Source of the DNA: Negaprion brevirostris
Taxonomy: Eukaryota
Assembly: GCA_030324005.1 (NCBI GenBank)
Contig: JARDVH010000001.1
Span: forward strand, 109,717,555 to 109,781,554
Direction: 5' to 3'
DNA: 64,000 bases
A program made the position numbers and the translations under genes. Under the pieces are notes generated by a model that was not told the origin of the DNA, searched no databases, and saw only the letters and a list, made by a program, of their open reading frames with translations. Positions 12,551 to 25,792 of the stretch are shown piece by piece. The stretch's first letter is position 1; the number at the start of each line of letters is the position of its first letter.

Positions 12551-12795
12551 GATATTACAGGAAGGATGCAATCCCACCAGAGTCCATACAGAGGAGATTT
12601 ATATGGATGTTACTAGGAATGGAGAATTTTAGCTATGAGGAAACATTGACTAGACTGGGGTGGTTTCTTAGAAATACAGGATTGAGGGAGATTTAATTGA
12701 GGTATATAAAATTAAGCAGAGCCTTGATCAGAAAGACCTATTTAATTTGGCAGATAGATCAATGACCAGGGAACACATATTCAAAGTAATTGGAT

Positions 12796-13101
12796 TCATT
12801 GAATTATAGAATCCCTATAGTGCAAAAGAAGGCCATTCAGCCCGCACCGATCACAAACCCACCCAGGCCCTATAACCCCATTTTTTTTACCCTGATAGTC
12901 TGCCTGACTAAGGGGTAATTTAGCATNNNNNNNNNNTCAACCTAACCCACGCATCTTTGGAGTGTGGGAAGAAACCAGAGTACCTGGAGGAAACCCACGC
13001 AGATACACGGAGCTCATGCAAACTCCACACAGTCACCCTAGGCCAAAATTGAACCTGGGTACCTGTCGCTGTGAGGCAGCAGTGCTAACCACTGTGCCAC
13101 C
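12796..13101 (-). mobile_element. HE1-type V-SINE
   Basis: Head GGTGGCACAGTGGTTAGCACTGCTGCCTCACAG, V core and HER1-like tail. Confidence 0.9.
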
Positions 13102-14479
13102 ATACAATTCAAGGGGACTAGAAAAATATTTTCACCCAGAAAGTGGTTGGAGCCTTGTACTCACTGCCTGCAAGTATGACAGAGGCAGAAATGCTAATCA
13201 CATTTAAAAAGTACTTGGAAAGAACGTGAAGTGCTGTAACCTACAAAGCTCCAGGTTAAGAACTGAAAGATGGAATTCAGCTGGATCGCTCTTCTTTTGC
13301 CAGGACAAACACAAAAGACTGGATGGCCCCTTCAATGCCATAAATTTCTATAATTCTATTAAAAGTATGAAAAACAGAGTTGAATGCACTTCAATCATAC
13401 AGTTCAGATGCCTTTGTTAGGCTTCCTTGTACTTCTGTTTCAAGTTTAAGCACATGTCTAAATTTTTGATTGGATTACTGACTTGTAACTCCACATGTTA
13501 CGGCATTTCAGCTGGTGTTTCTCACAAAATGAAGGCAGGCTGAGCCAGAACCGAATGTTACCTGATGGATAGTCTGTGGGGACAGTCGTTTGAGGAGCGT
13601 GAGTTATTGCAGCCCGAAAAGTGATTGGGATGTAGTATATTTGTGGAATATAAACGACCTTATGAACTTCAGAGCCTCTGGATATTCTGGATCATTGTTG
13701 TACTGATTGTCTTAAGCTGTACCAATGGGAGTTGTGCATTAAGACAATGTTAGCCCAAATGTTTGCTCACATTTGGCAGGCCACGTATGTGATGTTAATA
13801 ACAAGGGATCATTATGTATGTTGGTCAAAGAACTCAGTAAATCCCTGTTTACTCCAGTACTACTCGTATCCACAATAAATAAGGCCACCAACTTTGTGAC
13901 CTTTGCAATAAATGAATGCAATCACAGGCCATGATCCTCAAAATCCTATGCAATAAAAACAGCATTTGGCCATTTCAGAATGCAATCTCCAAAAGACTAG
14001 TAAAAAACCTTAACTCTTTGTACGTCAACCAGAATTTGAATTATTATTTCAACATAAAAGACAGTCCTATTGATAGGTGTAGCTTGTTTGTCAGGTGATA
14101 ATATAATTTAACCCATTGACAACAAAAACTTCCACAATAAAGTAAATTGTCTTTTTCAGTGGAAAATGGAGAAACTGGGCTTCAAATCAAATATATGCTC
14201 CCTTTGTGCAAATATCCTTACAAGAAGCGCCAAAAAGAAAAATTACCCATATAATACAATCTGTACTAGATTCAAAACTATTGTAATGGCTGTATATTCT
14301 CATCAGTCACCAGGGAGTGAGTTTTAAAGAAAGGGGTGCATTGTTGGTAACAGAGGCATAAGTGTAAGAAGCATGAGATTGATATGCTATACAGCCAAAA
14401 TACTTATATCATTTTCTGTGGAGAGAAACAGAATTAATGTTGTGGGTTTAAAAGACCCTGTGGAGAAGGGTCATTTCTC

Positions 14480-15482
14480 ATAGAATAGAATCATAGAATC
14501 CANNNNNNNNNNNNNNNNNNNNNNNNNNNNNNNNNNNNNNNNNNNNNNNNNNNNNNNNNNNNNNNNNNNNNNNNNNNNNNNNNNNNNNNNNNNNNNNNNN
14601 NNNNNNNNNNNNNNNNNNNNNNNNNNNNNNNNNNNNNNNNNNNNNNNNNNNNNNNNNNNNNNNNNNNNNNNNNNNNNNNNNNNNNNNNNNNNNNNNNNNN
14701 NNNNNNNNNNNNNNNNNNNNNNNNNNNNNNNNNNNNNNNNNNNNNNNNNNNNNNNNNNNNNNNNNNNNNNNNNNNNNNNNNNNNNNNNNNNNNNNNNNNN
14801 NNNNNNNNNNNNNNNNNNNNNNNNNNNNNNNNNNNNNNNNNNNNNNNNNNNNNNNNNNNNNNNNNNNNNNNNNNNNNNNNNNNNNNNNNNNNNNNNNNNN
14901 NNNNNNNNNNNNNNNNNNNNNNNNNNNNNNNNNNNNNNNNNNNNNNNNNNNNNNNNNNNNNNNNNNNNNNNNNNNNNNNNNNNNNNNNNNNNNNNNNNNN
15001 NNNNNNNNNNNNNNNNNNNNNNNNNNNNNNNNNNNNNNNNNNNNNNNNNNNNNNNNNNNNNNNNNNNNNNNNNNNNNNNNNNNNNNNNNNNNNNNNNNNN
15101 NNNNNNNNNNNNNNNNNNNNNNNNNNNNNNNNNNNNNNNNNNNNNNNNNNNNNNNNNNNNNNNNNNNNNNNNNNNNNNNNNNNNNNNNNNNNNNNNNNNN
15201 NNNNNNNNNNNNNNNNNNNNNNNNNNNNNNNNNNNNNNNNNNNNNNNNNNNNNNNNNNNNNNNNNNNNNNNNNNNNNNNNNNNNNNNNNNNNNNNNNNNN
15301 NNNNNNNNNNNNNNNNNNNNNNNNNNNNNNNNNNNNNNNNNNNNNNNNNNNNNNNNNNNNNNNNNNNNNNNNNNNNNNNNNNNNNNNNNNNNNNNNNNNN
15401 NNNNNNNNCCAAAATGAATCACCACACACTTATCTGGGTTGAAGTCCATCTGCCACTTCTCCGCCCAGTCTTGCATCCTATC
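14480..15482 (-). mobile_element. CR1 LINE pieces flanking a gap
   Basis: MQDWAEKWQMDFNPDKCVVIHF right of the gap; (TTCTA/TGA)n tail left of it. Confidence 0.65.
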
Positions 15483-15486
15483 AATT

Positions 15487-15731
15487 CAGGCCCTATTCCC
15501 ATAACTCCTCATATTTACTCCTCTAACCCTGCTGACATTAGGGTTAATCCAGCATGGCCAATCAACCTAACCCGCACACCTTTGGAGTGTGGGAGGAAAC
15601 TGGAGCACCCAGGGGAAACTCATGTAGACACAGGGAGAACGCCACACAGACAGTGACCCGAGGCTGGAATTGAACCTGGACTTCTGGCGCTGTGAGGCAG
15701 CACTGCTAAGCATTATGCCACTGTGCCGCCC
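15487..15731 (-). mobile_element. HE1-type V-SINE
   Basis: tRNA-like head and V core. Confidence 0.88.
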
Positions 15732-15752
15732 AAATTTAGACCCAAAATGTTA

Positions 15753-16575
15753 GGGCAATTTTGCATCCGTGTTCACTGTCAATGAGAATGGTGACATGGG
15801 TACAAAATCTCATGAGAAGCGGGAATCGTGATTCTCACTGGCGAGATTATGTTTCCTGATTCAGCCCTCCCTTTAATGCTGACGCCTATTTAAATATATT
15901 TTAATACATTTGAATCTGTTTAAAGGGCCTCTCTTTCACAAAACTCCCCCTCCCCCCCGACCCCCACAGGATAATGAAACCTTACCGACTTGCCATCGTG
16001 TTAGCAAGGTTCACAACAGCCTTGTGAAGACGGAAGATGGATCCCGCAGAGAGCATCTAGGCAGGTATAGCACGTGGGAGAAGCACATGCCTGTGCAGTG
16101 CCCTGGCCCTGGCATTGCTCCATGGCACAAGCTGGCAGTGCCAAACTGTGCTGGTGCAGTGCTGGTGGCATGGGCCTTCTGAGCAGCCTCCTAGGAGAGG
16201 TTGCCCTTATGTGTGTAGGGCACTCTGAGGGGGTAGAATAGTGGTTGTGGGGCGGGGTGGGATTTACCCTGATATCTGTGGAGGAGAGGGTGGCGGTGGG
16301 ACAGCCCCATTGCTTGTATTGTGACGAGATGGGGGAGATACTTATGAGGGACCCTTCTGTATCTGGAGTTGGGGGGAGAGTGGGGGGCATTCACTTTCTG
16401 TGGAGCCAATCTTGCCAGCTTTATCAGACCCTGCCCCACCAGTGTAATGGTGCAAGTGCCATACGCTTTTTTTTTTCAGACTACCTGAGAATCGAGATGA
16501 AAAATTCTCTATGCAGCTGGAAAGCAACATGTCAGTTCTTATTCAGAGCCTGACAATTTGGGAAAATTCCACCTG
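15753..16575. mobile_element. ~820-bp non-autonomous TIR element, Harbinger-like
   Basis: Ends GGGCAATTTTGC / GGAAAATTCCACC; (TG)TTA on both flanks; splits a Penelope-type repeat. Confidence 0.6.
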
Positions 16576-16680
16576 TTAACTCTGTTTCTTTTTCCACAGA
16601 TGCTGCCAGACCTGATGAGTTTATCCAGCATTATCTGTTTTGAGTTTGGATTTCCAACATTCACAGTAATCTGCTTTTAT
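16576..16680 (+). repeat. Penelope-type terminal repeat, 3' half
   Basis: TTAACTCTGTTTC...CCACAGATGCTGCCAGACCTG; continues GACCCAAAATG at about 15739. Confidence 0.7.
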
Positions 16681-16964
16681 TTGCATCATCTTGCAGTTAG
16701 CATTAGTTTCACCAAGCTATTCAACGATCTGTGATTTTTTTTGTCTTAATTCTTGCTAAGCATTTTTGAATAAGGAACTATTTCAATTGTTTGGTGATGA
16801 ATAATGCATATCTCTTATTCATTTGTTTTCCTCTTCAATTAAAAACACATAATTATGAACATGCATGCAAAACTTGTTTGGCTGGCTAAAAGCCATTTTT
16901 GCTGCCCCTTTGCTGGTTTTGACGATCTGGGGTTAAAATTAACATGGAGAACCTCACAGATAAT

Positions 16965-17445
16965 AATTTCCAAACTGTTGCTCGAGTCTTATGCAATTTG
17001 CCATGGAGACAATCAGGTTTGAAGGTTAAAGATGTGGCTCAAACGTGGGAGGCAGGAGTTTTGATTTATGGGAGACTGGAATCAGTAATGGGAAAAAATG
17101 GGAATTGCTCTGGTGGGATGTGCTCCAATTAACTAGGATGTGACCAGTGTCCTGGTGAATTGAATAATGGGATATTAGTCACTGCATTAAACCAATGAAG
17201 AGAGGGTAGGAGTATCCAGAAAGGAAGTAAATTTAAAAGCAGTCGGAGAAATGTCAAAACAGAATCACGATTTGAGTAAAATAAACAGAATGGAAGAGGA
17301 AGGGATAGAAAGTTTAACAATGGTAATGGGACATTCCTGACTAAGGCAATATGAGAAAAAAATAGCAGAAACAAAAATTAAAGCTCAACTATTATCTCTG
17401 AGTAGGTGAAGCATTTGTAGCAATTTGAAGCATCTGATCCAGGAC
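16965..17445 (+). mobile_element. CR1 ORF1 (SGNH esterase-type) C-terminus and ORF2 start, decayed
   Basis: Relics of WLK..FMG.W.Q.WGK.ELL.WD.L.L...TSVL across frameshifts. Confidence 0.6.
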
Positions 17446-17449
17446 TATT

Positions 17450-18135
17450 TGTTTATGGGCCTGGACCAGAATCCCAAATTGCATTAGGAACCTAGGCTAG
17501 ACCCAATGATTTTTGTATTTTGCCATAAGTGTGAGGGTGCTTCACTCCAGGAATCATTCTATGACAAATTATAGATCTTTTATAGTAAAACAAACTTTAT
17601 TTGATAATACAATTTAAGTAGAACTCTATAAAAATGAAGCAGCTTAACTTTTAATAGTTGAACCATAGTTAAAAAATGAGGTTTAATTTCTAACTCATCA
17701 CTGTTTCAGTTCCAAATCAGCAACATTCTCTTACAGACTTAAATTTCCATACTAAATACAGTTAGCAACCATAATTATTCTTGCTGAGGAGTGTAGACTA
17801 TCTTGAAGCCATCAGAAAGATTTTGAGTTTCAGAGCAGCTTTCAAACCTCTGTCTTTAAGCAAATCCTAGACAGACTGAAAGCTGTTTTTCTTTGTTATA
17901 TACTGAGCTCCTCCCCCTTAACCACATTATCACATGACCTGATTAATCCACCTAATCAAAAATGCCAGGGCAAATCTTTATCTATAAACAAAAATCCATT
18001 AGCTCTATCTTAGTGAACACTACATGGCTAAAATTAATAATTATTCTGCTCTTCCAGCATCTGAGCTGTCTACCCCAAAAATATTGACTGCCCAAATGTA
18101 TAGATATGTTTTATATATATATATAATCATGAGCA
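17450..18135 (-). mobile_element. Solo LTR, distant relative of 34432-35243
   Basis: TG start, shared TTCACTyCAG and AAACAAACTTTATTT blocks, antisense AATAAA. Confidence 0.55.
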
Positions 18136-19867
18136 ATGTATATATATATATATTATGAGCTTTGTGGATAGGGAGCCAGTCTGCTCCACCCAGCATTGAA
18201 CAAAGGAAAGCCTTTGCAGGTCTTAATCTCTCAGAATGGTGTGATTGGCTAAAGCATTAGCCGTTCTAATGCAATGGTTTTGACAAGAGGGCTTGTTTAT
18301 CAATCTGAAACCAATATTTCAGGTAACAAAGGAATCCTGGCTCCAATTAAAATTCCTCAAAATTTCAGCCTTCCCCATCATGGAAGGTTGATTTGGAAAG
18401 ATAGAGCATTTTACAATCAGTCAACCTCCCCTCAGAAGGAACATTCTGACTGAGTTCTGATTCTGTAATCTGGATGGATTGGTAGAGAACAAGAAAATCA
18501 GGGTAGTTTAAATTGAACCTTCCCTCTATCTGGTGCACCCACTCCCCTCAGCCAGAGAAAGCTTCATCCCTGCATCCAGTCTGTCCATCCCTGTCAGAGA
18601 GAGATTGAGAGGATTGTGTGTATGAGGAGAGTTTGGGCATGTATGTATGGAAGATATTAGAGTGTGTAGTGATTGAGATTATGCATAAAAGCTCAGTTGA
18701 TTGTGGCCTAAAGTGTGTATAAACATTGCATCAAGTTCCAAATTGGATTTAAAATAACTTGGCCAGACTCTGAGCCAACAGCACTGTTGTCGGGGTAACA
18801 ATGTGAATAAGCACTGTAAGCATCATGGTTTGGCGGCAAAAGTAAAGAGTGCTCTGGTTCAAAGTTTTCTAAAATGGAATGCTAAATGGCACTTTAGTGT
18901 AAAGATGGATGAGCAACATCTTGTTTTTCCTCAGCTCTCTGTATTGTATTTCTTGGGGATTAGTGTTTGCGTCACAGAGAAAAGAACCAGCTAATTATAC
19001 TCTTCGTACCAATCTCATTACTTTCAGGGCAGCCTGAGTGAGCAAGTGGCTACCTATAGTTTAAGTGTTTTCTCGTGATATATTGGACCGACTAATATTA
19101 CTGCAGTTGATTAAGTAACTGGGCTGAAAAAGTCAAGACGTCCCGTGTCAGCAGCTAAATATTGAAAGAATGAGTTTGAAACTGCCCATCTGCTGTATTC
19201 TCTGTGACATCACAATGTCATTTTAAACTCTCATTTACTGTTGAATAAAATGAGATGTGGTCAATCAATGGTGTGTCGTTTTTAGAAACTTAAAACAAAC
19301 TTTCATCAAGGGCATGTGCTGAATTTTCCTTTAATATTCTGGCAAATTTGTTCACACCAGGAGTGAATACTGGCAAGAGGTTCATGACATCACTGGGGCT
19401 GGAGTATCATGTCACTGGGAGTATCATGGGTGGCCCCAGAAATGAAAGGGAGCGCAGGACCCCACAAAATGTAAGTCTGCACTGATCATGGGGGGAAGCA
19501 GTGTTGAACTGTGCAGTTATCCTGTATCACCTCAGTGTTTTAAGTCTGTGGAGATTTTGTCTCAGATTTTGCAGGCTGATCTGGATTCAGTCTAGGATTT
19601 AGGGATATCTTACCAAAACCTGTAATTTGATATCACAATGGCTTTTTATTGACTTTTCCTTTCTAAATCCCATCCCCTTGTCAATCACACAGATCTTGTA
19701 TCCAGGTAGAAATGCTACTTAGCTATTTCTAGATCACTAAACTCAATTTTACTTTGGAATTAAATAGATAGTTTAATGTATAACCCTTTTAAAACCTGTG
19801 AGACTTGGACACTAAACAGTTTAACCTCCAGTCACCACAGATGGTCTTGCCATTGTCTATATGTTCT

Positions 19868-20227
19868 ACATTGTCTACACTTCCCGCTGCCTCGGCAAAG
19901 CAGCCAACATAATTAAAGACCTCACATACTCCGGACATTCTTTCTTCCACCTTCTTCCGTCGAGAAAATGATTCAAAAGTCTGACGTCAGATACCAACTG
20001 ATTCAAGAACACATTCTTCCCTGCTGCAACCAGATTTTTGAATGGACCTACCTCACATTAAGTTGATCTTTCTGTACACCTCAGCTATGACGGTAACACT
20101 ACATTCTGTACTCTCTCATTTCCTTCTCTCTGAACGGTATGCTTTGTCTGTATAGCGCACAAGAAACAATATGTTTCACTGTATACTAATAAATGTGACA
20201 ATAATAAATCAAATCAAATCAAATCAA
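19868..20227 (+). mobile_element. Rex1/Babar LINE 3' end
   Basis: FKNTFFPAA-type motif and (AAATC)n tail; matches the 6343 copy. Confidence 0.85.
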
Positions 20228-21689
20228 AACAAAAGAACTTGAGAACATCTTGCATCAACTTCCCAGTAAAACATTTAACTTTTAACAACCAAAGTGATTA
20301 TATGCATGTGGTTGTTTTTGCCACTGAGTGTGCTACATGCTAATATTGAATGTTTCTGGTGTTTCTCTTAGATTAAATGGATAATAAATCTTACCTTGTC
20401 AATAGGGAAAGATCTGTGATGAAAAATCCCTGTGGATTAGTCAGCAATTGTTAAGATAATTTTAGAACAAATTGCTATCTCTTCCCCAGTGCCAATTTCT
20501 TGATGTTGGCTGCAAGGCCATGCTTCTATTAATCAGACCTGACTACCTAAGGCAACTTGAATCAAGTATCTAAGCAGCTTCAGAAACACAGGGAATGCTT
20601 GTGCTTGAGAATAGAAACCTTTGCAAATTCACATTTCTAAGATGTATTGTGAAGCTGATCTAATAATATGTTTGAGTAAATCATTACCACTGTGGGAAAA
20701 CTTGAACTCCAGTTATAAGAAAGATCTGGACAGTAAGTTTAGCTTTTATGGGGAAGATTTTCCTTTCTCTATCTCCTCAATTATATCTGTAAATTCAGCA
20801 ATAACATGAGAAAAGTTGCTTAATAAAAATCCACGACTTAATGGTTGAGGTCAGCCTGCTCTGCATTTTGGATGGATCTTCATTTTAGTGCATTCTACTT
20901 CAGTAAGAAACATTGAAAATCAATAAAGCTATAGTCACCCGGACAACTTTGATGTTGATCTGGACTGCTAGCACGGCATAGCCCACTCACAAATCATTGA
21001 AAGCATGGTTTTGGAGGTGGCCATTTCCAGTGCTCATTAGCCACAACAAGAAAAAGCTAGAAACAAGGTGGGCACTCAATTTTGTTCTTGTTTGTTGAGG
21101 GTTTTGAGCATTGAAACTTCCTTAATTTCAAGTCCATGTGACTGCATGCTGTCTTTATATGACTTCCATGCTGATATAAGCAGTTTCATCTTGGCTTGAG
21201 GTTTTTCTGCAACCTGTTGCCTCTTTGGTAAATTGCATCTACTTTCAATAACAGTGAAGGGGAAACAGGGCACGAAGGGTTTCCAAGAGGTTAAAATATT
21301 GTTATGATTGAGGCTGACATGAGGAGCGGGAGGGTGAATGATGTTTGTTTGGTTTCTATGTCACACATGTTTTCTTTTCCCTTTGGAGAGTAGTGGACAA
21401 GTGTTGGAAGATTTCATACCCTGAGCATCAACCTGTTTGAATTGAGTCATGAATCTCCTTTCATGCCCAATAAGTTCTGAAATAAAACTTGAATTTGCAG
21501 CTTCAGTTAATGTGCATTGTGTTGAACCTACTATGCAATGTATAGCTACCTTAGATTACCTTGCCAATGTCAAAGCTTCCCTGCTGTGCGATAACACACC
21601 TCAGCTCCTTCAGGCAATCGTCACATTGGTGGTCCCAGGGACCATCAATCTGGTCAGGAGAAAATGACTCATGATCCTCAGGCCTGGGT

Positions 21690-23772
21690 ATTCTGCTTCA
21701 GAGGGGGCGTGATTTCACCATCTCTGAAGTTAAGTATGTAATGGGAAGGTGCCTCCTCGTTACAGATATACTGTAAAAGAACGTTCCACTCCAGTTAATA
21801 AATGTGCATGCCCCGTCCCAGAATGCTGGTCAACCGGCAGTCCTTCAGCAGCTGCTGGCCACACAGGTCCGTCATTCTGGGCGGTGATTTCAACTGCACC
21901 TTTGACGCGGCTGGATGATCCGGCAGGACTGACAGCAAACTGGATATGGCATCCAGACTCCTGAGGAAACACTAAAGGATGCAAAGCTGCATGACAACTT
22001 CAGCAACCCTGCAGGTGATTTTTTTTCCAAATATAAAAAGTTCCACATATGCCGCTACCCAAATCCATGTTAAAATTTTCAAAAATCAAGTATTTTCTAA
22101 CATTGTAAAGTTAGCAACCTGTAGCATTGACACACATGATCACAGTCAGTTGGGTCTTCCTCCTCGAGGGTAGATTTCCTGTTTGTGTTCAGAGCTTCCA
22201 CGGTCAGATCTACTCACCTCAGGCCAGTGCTCTTTTCTGACTGCTGCCTCCTACTGGCCGAGTGCCATCTACAGGAGACCAGAGGATTGGCAGGAGAAAG
22301 TGGAAGCTGAATGTAGAACTTGAGGAATTCAGGAAGGATTACTGAGGATGGAGAACTGTGAAACCTCACTTTGAGTCTCCATNNNNNNNNNNATCGCCTT
22401 GGTGGGAGACAACAATGGAGAGGTTTTTCATCCTCAAAGGCATTCAGGAGGGGGGGAGAGAAGGGCGGAGAGAAATATTCCAACTCCAGAAAAGTGTGCA
22501 GAATCTGCTCTGGCAGCAGTCAATGGGGGTCGGTGTTGAGGAGGATCTCCAGGAGATGAAGGGCCAGCAAGCCTCGGTCTTAGAAGTTCATCTTCTAATC
22601 CTGAGTACGTTCTGTGGTGCAGAATGAGATGTGCTTGTGTTTCTTTTTCCAACAGGTCTACAGAGAGAGCGCTGTGATCAGGAGCTTGAGGCTGAATGGG
22701 CTTCTGCTGCATTTTGGATTCTATGGTTCTCTCAGAAGATGGTTCAGCAGAGTCATTGCTGTCTGATATTTTGAGAATTGGCAAATCCTTCTATGCTGAA
22801 CTCTATGACCTGAAGCCCACAAACAGCCTGGTCTTTCCTGTGCTCTATCGTGGAGGCCTTAGAGGACAATGAACTGGGGAGCCTGAACCAACCACTAACT
22901 TCGGGTGTGTTGACTGAGGCCCTTGAGTCCTTTGAAAAAATTAGAACTCCCGGAAGTGACGGCTTACCGGTTGTGTTGTACTTTGTTCTGTGGGACAGGA
23001 TTGGCCCTGATCTGCCGGAGATATATGAGAGTATGCTTCTTGCTGGGAGCATGTCAAAATCCAGGAGAAAAAGCATTGTTACTCCCATCTACAAGCAAAA
23101 GGGGGAGAGGAAAGAAATTAGAAGTTGGCGATCCATTTCACTGCTAAATGTGGATTACAAGATTCTGTCCGAGGTCATCACTGATTGGGTCAGGTCTGCT
23201 CTGAAGTGATCCACCCTGACCAGACCTGCTCTGTTGCCGGTAGAAAGATCTTTGGTAGTCTCGCGCTACTCAGGGATATGATTGTCAATATGCGGGACAG
23301 GGGTGTGGGCACTTGCCTCACCAGCCTGGACGAAGAGAAGGCCTAAAACAGGCTATCACAAACCTACATGACGGAGTGCTCTCCAAAATAGAATTTGGGG
23401 AAGGAATTCGCAATTGGACCCAACTGCTCTACACAAATATCAGTAGTCTAGTTTCAATCAATGGGTGGGAATCAGAAAACATTCCAATTAAATCTGGAGT
23501 CAGGCACGGCTGCCATCTCTCTCCTCTTCTGTTTGGGTGTTGTATAGAACCCTTTGCTGAGTCCATCAGGAAAGATTTGAACATAATAGGTATGGATGAT
23601 CCCAGGCAGTGGAGGCACTTAGGTCAAAGTCTCTCTGTACAAGGATGACATTGCTGTCTTTTGCTCATATCCCATGTCAGTGTGCAGACTGATCAACATC
23701 TGTGGTCAGTTTGAGCTGGCCTTAGGTGTCAAGCTAAATGGTAACAAGTGCAAGGCCATATTCTTTGGAACT
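21690..23772 (+). mobile_element. Tx1-like (L1-clade) LINE ORF2 relic: endonuclease plus RT
   Basis: VILGGDFNC, DFLFV, TPGSDGLP, WRSISLLNVDYKILS, IHPDQTC, SGVRHGCHLSPLLF and YKDD; many frameshifts; ~150-bp insert at 22016-22165. Confidence 0.88.
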
Positions 23773-23916
23773 TAATTCTATGCCTTTTACCAATCAATCA
23801 GCATCCTCTCCACATGCGATATAAATTGTTGTTCCCTTTAGATTTGATATTCTTGCAAATCTCTCCTGATGAGTACAAGGTGCAAATCTTCAACAGCATG
23901 TCCCCTTTTTAAGCAA
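23773..23916 (+). repeat. Probable Penelope-type terminal fragment with a decayed hammerhead core
   Basis: CCAATC...TATAAATT...CTGATGAGTACAAGGTGCAAATCTTCAAC. Confidence 0.5.
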
Positions 23917-24371
23917 GATGCAAATTCTGCACTAATCAGTGAATGTTTAATTGTGTCATGGAAATTTAATTATGCAAGGTTGTAGGATTTCTTAATTCCA
24001 CTAGTGGTGTTATTTCTTCAAAGAAATCAAGGTATTTATTCAGGCAGGATCTCCCTGCCTTAAAGTTATATTTGGCTACAAGATACTCCTACAGATAATA
24101 ACTTTCTGGTAATCAATTCCTTTATTTTCCTTGGAATTAACTAAGGTAATCACTCTGTAGTTCTCTCTATCTGCTTTGCCCCTTATTTGAATATGGGTAC
24201 CAGGCCAAACTGCGTCCAAGCTCTTGATAATTGGTTTATTGGTGGTGCCCTACAAATCTCTTCCAAAATCCCTTTCAACATGATGGGGTACATATCAAAT
24301 CCAGGGAATGTGTCTGTTTGTAGCCATTCCAGCTTGTCCAGGATTTCCATCCCCTTCACATCATTATGGTG

Positions 24372-24638
24372 GTATCACCAGTTGAGATGGCTCCTGCTCT
24401 GTCCAAGACCACAAGAAACTACAAAAGATTATGAACGAAGCCCAGTCCATCATACAAACCAGCCTCCCATTCATTGACTCTGTATACACTTCCTGCTGCC
24501 TTGGAAAAATAACTAGCCATTCCACACCCTCTCCTTTCCTTCTCTTTGAACAGTATGCTTTATCTGTGTAGCGTGTAAGAAACAATACTTTTCACTGTAT
24601 CCTAATACATGCGATAATAGTAAGTCAAATCAAATCAA
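24372..24638 (+). mobile_element. Rex1/Babar 3' fragment, internally deleted
   Basis: GSCSVQDHKKLQK motif and TCAAATCAAATC tail. Confidence 0.8.
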
Positions 24639-25792
24639 TAACCTTGGAACTCCTTTTTTGGGGGAAAGGCATACTGTTTGTCCCTTCCCTTATGAATACT
24701 TTGACAATACTTAGAATATTTATTGTCTAGCGCATCTCTTCGGTTTCAATGCTGCTTGCATTTGTCTGTGANNNNNNNNNNGATTCCCCCTCTACCACAT
24801 CTTTACCTCAGATCATGATGGTATGGAAATGGGATGAGGCTGCAGGGAGTTTTCAGTCCCTGCGCAAATTAAAAATGGGAGTGCTGGTGGCCCAGTTGCA
24901 AAATTCATCTGATTTTTATTACATCTCTTTTCAAACAAATGATGGAATCCACAATGATAGGAGTTACTTCTTTTCTTATTAATATTACTGAGGATTTAAT
25001 AGAAATATAATGACGTTATGAGTTAATGATGTGCATAAGTGTTACTTGGATGGACTAACAGTGAAAAATAAAACAACCTTACTTTGCTTCAAAAAATATC
25101 CTACAAGGCATGCATGGCTGTTTCAGCTTGGGGTTATTACTTTTGTTTTGTATCCGTACCTAATCCAGCTTAATGTTTGTTTAGAACCTAACTATTTTAC
25201 TCAGTTTTGATGAACATGTGAAATGAAATAAGCTGCAAGTAAAGACTGAAAACATTTAAATGTAATATTCAAAATAATTTTGCAGATAAATAAGGAGGTT
25301 TTGAGTTTTTCTCCCCCACAGAGTTTATGAACTTGTCTATTTTTTCCTAATCATAACTATATAATGTTTCTGTATAAATTAGTGGTATTGATGCAAAGCC
25401 AAAATAAAATCCTTTTGTTTAATTCTCAAGCGTGTTATTTAACATCCTGAATGATTAAAGTAAAATGTATTTGTACTGCTCATGCTGATATCCAGATTTA
25501 GCGGTCATTCCACAGATTACTTCTGTGCAGATTAAATTTTGAAAAAAAAACACAATTCACAGCAAAGGAAGAATCCATACTGATTGGATTTGAAAATTCT
25601 CATTTGACTAATTGAAAAAATGCAAAATGTTTTTGGCTGAATACTCTATTGAATAAAAATACGTAATGTCAGTAATCACAAGGCAAGATAGTGGTTAATG
25701 CAACAATATAAATAAAACACTGCAAAAAAAAGGTTGTCTCTCATTCCAAATGAAATAATTTACAGTCAAGTTGGTATCAGGTCAATGAAAAT

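Larger units (their letters stand above)
11380..13360 (+). mobile_element. CR1 LINE RT and 3' end, interrupted by a family-B LINE and an HE1 SINE
   Basis: MKGK.CL, DMVYLD and a decayed DDTKL motif before 11772; YYRKD...FSYEETLTRLG after 12550; tail at about 13350. Confidence 0.7.

Noticed and set aside
21400-21660. Faint minus-strand resemblance to a transposase
   Set aside because: Too degenerate to support
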